Assembly (NCBI GenBank): GCA_951406725.2
Contig: OX597828.1
Location: 28,644,001-28,708,000, forward strand
Length of the DNA: 64,000 nt
Reading direction: 5' to 3'
DNA from: Octopus vulgaris
Lineage: Eukaryota
Every line of letters starts with the position of its first letter. The stretch's first letter is position 1. A program made the position numbers and the translations under genes. Of this stretch, positions 56,767 to 64,000 are shown piece by piece. The notes below the pieces were generated by a model. The model did not search any database and was not told the origin of the DNA. It worked only from the letters and a program-made list of their open reading frames with translations.

Positions 56767-57085
56767 GGTACTAAAAGGATGAAAAGTAAAGTCAACCTCG
56801 GCGATATTTGAACTCAGAACAAAAAGACAGACGAAATGCTGCAGAGCGTCTGGTCTGGTTGGGTGTCTTAACCATTCTGCCAGGTTCTCCGCCTTAATGC
56901 CTTTGAAAAAAAGATAGTTTGAAACAGAGGTAGAGGGTCTGACCTCCGAGTGGAAGTGGCGGGGGTTAAATCACTGCGACTCTAGGCTTTGATTGGTAGT
57001 TATTGCCTCGAATCTGGAGGAATGAAACGCAAACCTGATCTCGGCGGGATTTGAACATGGAACGCAAAGAGGCATAAGATATACC

Positions 57086-57866
57086 TATTTCTTTATTACC
57101 CACAAGGGGCTAAACACAGAGGGAACAAACAAGGACAGACATAGGTATTAAGTCGATTACATCGACCCCAGTTCGTAACTGGTATTTAATTTATCGACCC
57201 CGAAAGGATGAAAGGCAAAGTCGACCTCGGCGGAATTTGAACTCACAACGTAACGCAGACGAAATACCTATTTCTTTACTACCCACAAGGGGCTAAACAC
57301 AGAGGCAACAAACAAGGACAGATATAGGTATTAAGTCGATTACATCGACCCCAGTTCGTAACTGGTACTTAATTTATCGACCCCGAAAGGATGAAAGGCA
57401 AAGTCGACCTCGGCGGAATTTGAACTCACAACGTAACGCAGACGAAATACCTATTTCTTTATTACCCACAAGGGGTTAAACACAGAGGGAACAAACAAGG
57501 ACAGACATAGGTATTAAGTCGATTACATCGACCCCAGTTCGTAACTGGTATTTAATTTATCGACCCCGAAAGGATGAAAGGCAAAGTCGACCTCGGCGGA
57601 ATTTGAACTCACAACGTAACGCAGACGAAATACCTATTTCTTTATTACCCACAAGGGGTTAAACACAGAGGGAACAAACAAGGACAGACATAGGTATTAA
57701 GTCGATTACATCGACCCCAGTTCGTAACTGGTATTTAATTTATCGACCCCGAAAGGATGAAAGGCAAAGTCGACCTCGGCGGAATTTGAACTCACAACGT
57801 AACGCAGACGAAATACCGCTAAGCATTTCGCCCGGCGTGCTAACGTTTCTGCCAGCTCGCTGCTTA
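57086..57866 (-). mobile_element. SINE family B: one head plus four tandem 183-bp bodies, inserted into an older same-strand B copy
   Basis: Units start at 57086, 57269, 57452 and 57635; head 57818-57866; TSD AAGATATACC at 57076-57085 and 57870-57879. Confidence 0.92.
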
Positions 57867-58447
57867 GCGAAGATATACCGCTCAGCATTTAGTTCGACGC
57901 ACTAACAATTTTGCCAGTTCATTGGTTGTTAACTTTATTTTAGATTTGAAACTGTACTCTAGTTTTTCTTCAACAGAGAGAGAGAGAGAGAAGGAGAGAG
58001 AGAGAGAGAATGAGAGAGAAGGAGAGAGAGAGAGAGAGAGAGAGAATGAGAGAGAAAGAGAGAGAGAGAGAGAAAGAGAATTTATAGCTTACCGTATAAA
58101 ATCTATACTTGCTTATCTGTTAGTATCTTAAAGGAACTAATGTCTATATTTCTCATATATATATATATATACACACACATACTCACATATATATGTGTGT
58201 GTCTGCATGTTGGTACATGTGTGTGGGCACTACTTATAATACATACAGAGTGTGTATACGTGTGCGCGTGTTTGTGCATGTATACATTATAATATATATA
58301 GATGTGCATGCGAGTATTTGTACATATACACTTTATACGCGCGTGTGTGTGTGTGTAGCTTCGTTAGTCCAGCAGTGTCATAAATTGTGAGGATGATTTT
58401 TATGGTGGTGATGATGATGATGGTGAGGCCGCGACTGCCGCTGTTAC

Positions 58448-58505
<58 letters not shown>

Positions 58506-58611
58506 ATTGATGATTCAGCAACTTGTTACCCATTTCAACAGCCGCCGGCTTAACTTGTAAGTCTGTGTTTTTACAAACACAGCTTGGCTGTATATATATA
58601 TATAAAAGTAT

Positions 58612-58613
58612 GC

Positions 58614-58649
<36 letters not shown>

Positions 58650-58709
58650 TATCCATCCATCTACCTATCTGTTTATTTTTCTCTCTCTCCCTCTATCTAT
58701 CTGTCTGTC

Positions 58710-58750
<41 letters not shown>

Positions 58751-58985
58751 CTGTCTGTCTGTCTGTCTATCAATCTATTTCTCTCTCTGTACCTGTCTAT
58801 CTATCTATCTATCTATCTATCTGTCCTTCTATCTATCTATCTATCTATCTATCTATTTCTCTCTCTGTACCTGTCTATCTATCTATCTATCTATCTACCT
58901 ATCCATCCATCCATCCATCCATCCATCCATCCATCCATCCATCCATCTCTCTCTCTCTCTCTCTCCATTTATCTATCTATCCATC

Positions 58986-59082
<97 letters not shown>

Positions 59083-59120
59083 TTCTCTCTCTATCCGTCC
59101 ATCCATCCATCCATCCAGCT
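58612..59120. repeat. Compound (ATCT)/(CT)/(ATCC) microsatellite
   Basis: Directly visible. Confidence 0.95.
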
Positions 59121-59673
59121 AGCCAGCCGTATGTCTGTCTATCTGTCTGTCTAATATTGTAGTTAAGGGTTGAACGTCTGTGAATGTATATGTGTGTGTG
59201 TCTGTGTATATATGTCTGTGTATATGTGTGTGTGTGGTTGCTTTGCAAATACATGCTTGTATATACATGCGTGCGCGCTCGTGCATACGTGTTCGTTCGC
59301 TTACACGAGCCTCGCCGTGTATGTGTATTTGTTCGCGAGCCTGCATGCATTTACGTGCACGAACGTGAGTGTGTGTGTGTGTGTATGAGAGAGAGAGAGC
59401 GTTTCTTATGTATGTGCAGTCGCATATATGAATGTTTGTGCGAGTGAGCGTACAGAGAGAACTGCAGTCGAGCGAATCGATAGGGGTTTCGAGAAATCAG
59501 CTATAGGCGGGGGGGGGGGGGGGCACACAGCTTCGCATCACGTCGGCGAAATTGCACACACGCACACACAGACACAGAAACAAAAACACACCAATACTCC
59601 CATACACAAACATACGCCCACACACAAACAAACTCCATAAACATACAGACACATACAAACACAAAGAAGCACG

Positions 59674-59706
<33 letters not shown>

Positions 59707-59744
59707 CTTATGATCCGTCTCCCCGTATTTAATACAAGGTGTGT

Positions 59745-60167
59745 ACTCTTTTACTCTTTTACTCTTTTACTCTTTTACTTGTTTCAGTCATTTGACTGCG
59801 GCCATGCTGGAGCACCGCCTTTAATCGAGCAACTCGACCCTGGGACTTATTCTTTTGTAAGCCCAGTACTTATTCTATCGGTCTCTCTTTTGCCGAACCG
59901 CTAAGTGACGGGGACGTAAACACACCAGCATCGGTTGTCAAGCAATGCTAGAGGGACAAACACAGACACACAAACATATACATACACATACATATACATA
60001 TATACGACAGGCTTCTTTCAGTTTCCGTCTACCAAATCCACTCACAAGGCTTTGGTCGGTCCGAGGCTATAGCAGAAGACACTTGCCCAAGATGTCACGC
60101 AGTGGGACTGAACCCGGAACCATGTGGTTGGTTAGCAAGCTACTTACCACACAGCCACTCCTGCGCC
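59745..60167 (-). mobile_element. tRNA-SINE family A, full length
   Basis: Homologous to 55773-56190; (TACTCTT)n tail. Confidence 0.9.
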
Positions 60168-61317
60168 TAATATCTAAAAATAATTATGAAATATGCTTGG
60201 CGGTAGTTCGTCCGTCTTTATGTTCTTAGTTCAAATCCTGCCGACCTCGACTTTGCTTTTCATCCTTTCCAGGTCGATGAAGTAGATACCAGTTGAGGAC
60301 TAGCCTCTTCCCACAAATTCCAGACCTTGTGCCTTATAGCAAAAAAAGGAGAGAATTTTTGTGAGAGATCCTACATAGAGGGTACATACCCGTTACGCTT
60401 AACCTGCTTCTGTTGTTTATAAAACTCTGGTTTTTGAAATTAAATATTCTGGCTTAAGAACTCGGAGTCGCTCCATATTGTCCGTCGAAAGCTGATCGAC
60501 GAAGAGTAAAGGGTGAACCTTAATTCTAGTCAATTTGAGAAGCGGGCCGCATGAGATATGACTCATATACAAGCATGTATTTGCAAAGCAACCACACACA
60601 CATACACACACACACTCACAGACGTTCAACCCTTAATTACAATATACAGACAGACAGATAGACGGCTAGCTAGCTGGATGGATGGATAGAGAGAGAGAAA
60701 TAGACAGACATGGCTCATCATACAACGGGTCGCATGAGTCAGGGCTCATCATAAGATGGGTCGCACGAGACACGGTACATCAAAAGACATGCCATATTAC
60801 AAAAAAAAAAAAAAATTCCTGAGGGCCGCAGTCTGCTCATGACTGCTCTACACGGTCGTTGAACTGGTTTGAAATAGCAATGACAATCATCCTACTATCG
60901 AATCCTCTTTGATTTTGAGTAAGAGATTGCAGTTGGCTAAAAATCAACCGCAACCATTTACTCAAATCACACTCAGTCGTCTTCAACAAGAAACAGACTG
61001 ATTGGCCAGAGTAGCCAGGCATAGCCAGAAAGATGAGATGGTAAACCTGCTCGATTATAACGAAACAACAGCAATCAATTCGAGTTTATGAAAAATTAAT
61101 AATTTTTAGTTAAGTATGGACTACCATACTTAATGAGGTGAAAATTATAACTTTTTAATCAACTGAAATTACAAACTTTATGTCAAGTAAAGTCATTAGT
61201 GTTAAAGGAACTTAATTTCAAACAGAGCAAGGGAGAGAACTGAAATTTATTTGAGCAAAAGTGAAATGCAACAAAGAGTGAAGGCGTAACTCTGGGCTTT
61301 AGCAGCGATGGTGATAA

Positions 61318-61358
61318 CTTCGTACATGTTTCGGTCTTACTAGTACTCCTCAGCGAAG
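61318..61358 (-). ncRNA. Minimal type-I hammerhead with canonical CUGAGGA core
   Basis: Minus strand CTTCG CTGAGGA gtactagtaagacc GAA ACATGT A CGAAG: 5-bp stem I, palindromic stem III, GUA site, imperfect stem II. Confidence 0.65.
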
Positions 61359-61643
61359 CATGATATATCTATAAAAACTACAAAATGACTGAGAAGATAT
61401 GTTTCGATATGAAAATAATTCTGAGTAAGCGATCTAAAAAACATAACATTAGCTAATTTACCAGAGACGCCTTCTGCGTGAAGAACATAGTTGAGTACAG
61501 TTGAGTACATAGTTGAGAACTATTAAACCATAACGTGACTAATTATTGCTGTAGGTGCATGGAGCTGTGACGAATTAAATATCTTCATCGTGGTCGAGAC
61601 ACAAAGTCAACAGTTAAAAGATTGGGTCACGGAGTCTTTCTCA

Positions 61644-61708
<65 letters not shown>

Positions 61709-61782
61709 TGTGTGTGTGTGTGTGTGTGCGTTAGTGTGTGCGTTAGTGTGTGCGTTAGTGTGTGCGTTAGTGTGTGTGTTTG

Positions 61783-62181
61783 TGTAAGTGTTAAGACAAG
61801 CAAGTTAGGCAAGTCGATTCACACAGAATATTAAATACATTTAACAGAGAAAATGTAGATGCGTATGGATATAAAATAGTCCGACTTAGAGAATATAAAT
61901 GATATCAGGAGTTAAATGGGTAGAGTTTTACGAGTCCGACAGCTGTTTCTGGGGGCTTGGTGGTCCCGGAATAATGATAGTTACTTGGATCCATTATCGG
62001 ATAACACCGCCTCCGTTCTTCAGGGGAGAATTTTACATTTGAGGTGCTGACAGGACCACTAAGCCCCGCCGGACACAGCTGTTGGACTCGTAAAACTTTT
62101 CCCATTTAACTCCTGATATCATTTATTTTCTGTATTTAATATTCTGCGTAAATCGACTTGACTAACTTGCTTCTCATTACA
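61783..62181. mobile_element. Fold-back Penelope-like element; hammerhead with long stem II on the minus strand (61932-62027)
   Basis: Diverged inverted arms; minus strand CTGAAGA ... ~65-nt hairpin (GGTG/CACC, ATAATG/CATTAT) ... GAA ACAGCTGT C. Confidence 0.65.
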
Positions 62182-64000
62182 TTCACTCACCTACCGGTTC
62201 AAGTTCAAATCTCTTGAGCGCTTCGAAGTGTATAGAGAACACTTGTCTCTAGCCTACACACACACATGTATGTATGTATACACACGCACAGCTAGTTAGA
62301 TTTCCTTCAATATAACTGACATTGCATTAAAACACTTTCGAAATAAAACTATTTTATAGTATAGACCTACTATAAAATCACGATTAAAATTTTCCAGGTT
62401 AATAACCTTATGTTTAGAGAATATATTTACAATATTTATCATCGACACAACTTGTTACCGGCGATAGAAGCAGTTTTGGTTCAAAATATTACCCTGTATA
62501 TATCTTATTTAACATGGAGAGCGCCAAAAAATCTGCGGTACTCGTATAGCTGTAGGGTGTTAAAAGCCCTAAAGTATATCAAACTGCCAAACACTTCTGG
62601 TCTGCTACTGGTATGTTTCTATGAGTTTTAGTGTCTGAACAAGATGATTTCTCGAGATTAATACCACAGTTTTCTGGTTTTCTACAATTATGTCCACATT
62701 AAGTGAGATATATAGAATGTTGTTAGCATAATGTTTAAACTTCGATGGGATTTATTTCCTATCGTCGTTATATTTGTAGGCATCTAAATAATTCTTCCTA
62801 ATTTTGGCACAAAACCAGCAATTTTGAAGAGCAGAGACCTCGAGTACCTACTTGGTTAGCACTTTATTATTACCCCGAAAGGATGAAAGGCAAAGAAGTT
62901 GACCTCTGTGACAATTGAATTCAGAACGCAAAAAACCGAAGAAATGTCGTAACACACACAATTTAGGAAAATTTTTGAACGCAGGAGAGTAGCTGTGAAA
63001 ACGGGTTTAGAAAATTGGGTAAAAATACCACTACAGACGAAAAAAATAGCCAGCAGCTGGTATAGAGATTCGAACTCTGTGAGAAGTACCCTATACATAC
63101 ATAAATACGCATACACGTATGTGTATGTATGTGTATATATGTGCATGTACACACACATACACACAATTTGTCACAACGAATTACTTTAGTACGATGGAAT
63201 TATTAACTTATCCATTATGAATCCTTGTTGGGTGGAGAGAATCAACATTAAGATGAAGGATTTTTTATTCGTTGATTTTCTGTTAAACATATCTTGGAAG
63301 TTCTAGCGAACCAATTCTATTTCCAGTCAGAACTTCATTTAGCTATGAACCAGTGGATTAAAACTCCCTTTGGGGTAGAAAAATTCGAAGGGTCTTTTTA
63401 ACCCAGTATTCACGGATTATTCTTTATAGCTTAATGTGTGTGCTTCAAGATATACTATTTCTAAAAAAGAATTATTTAGCGTTCACTCGAAAGTTTATAA
63501 AATTCTTTTCAGGTGAAGGTCATATTTTCAGCCTCTCTTAATTTAATTTTTTTTGGCAAACTTGCAGAATCGTTGGTACGCCAAACAAAATTCTTAGTAG
63601 CATATTTTCGGGTTTTTACGTTCTGCGTTTAAACCCTGCTGATGCCAAGTTTTTGCCTTTCATTCCTTCGAGGTCGATAAAAATAAATCATCAGTCAAGC
63701 ACCGGGGTTGATATAATCGACTTACTCCTCCCTTCAAAATTACTGGCCTTGGGCCTTGTAACGGACCGATGTTCCGTTCAGAAGAATATGATCTCGATCA
63801 GTTCTATATCATGGAAACCAGGCAACTGGCTTTTTGAGTCCTAGGGCTCAAGAAAAAAAATAATAATAACAGTTCGATATTTGTTTACAAAAAATGGCTG
63901 CGGGCATCGCATGTTTAAATCTGTTTCATAGGTGCATTGCATTTATTGGATCGTAATGCAAGTATTATTCTAAGATAATCCGGTATCCTGAAGCTAGAAG

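Noticed and set aside
57086-57817. Regular repeat array as a possible CRISPR
   Set aside because: Units are whole 183-bp near-identical SINE bodies with no unique spacers, no cas genes, and a eukaryotic context.
60837-61050. Possible MULE transposase remnant (KTTECDLSKWLRLIF)
   Set aside because: Similarity is too short and no catalytic motif is seen.

Overview
AT-rich, extremely microsatellite- and transposon-dense animal genomic DNA. The SINE families and simple-repeat load fit a coleoid cephalopod (Octopus-like); this is an inference. Nearly all ORFs in the supplied track are translations of simple repeats. No intact host gene is visible, only one CUB-domain-like candidate exon (25551-25686, minus). 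The window holds decayed DNA transposons (two Tc1, hAT of the SPIN/GTF2IRD2 type, pogo/Tigger, mariner, maT-like, MITEs), LINE fragments (RTE, CR1, and R4/Dong in (TAA)n) and at least four SINE-type families. Two signals stand out. First, about 9-10 minimal type-I hammerhead ribozyme motifs from at least 6 unrelated small elements, mostly (TA)n-embedded and often fold-back (Penelope-like), with atypical but covarying cores (G3-C8, U3-A8, U6, C4, extra nucleotide after A9). Second, tRNA-SINE arrays with one head and many bodies that share exactly the same junction in the head's hairpin loop at two independent loci, suggesting circular-RNA or iterative template-jump retrotransposition and self-targeted insertion.
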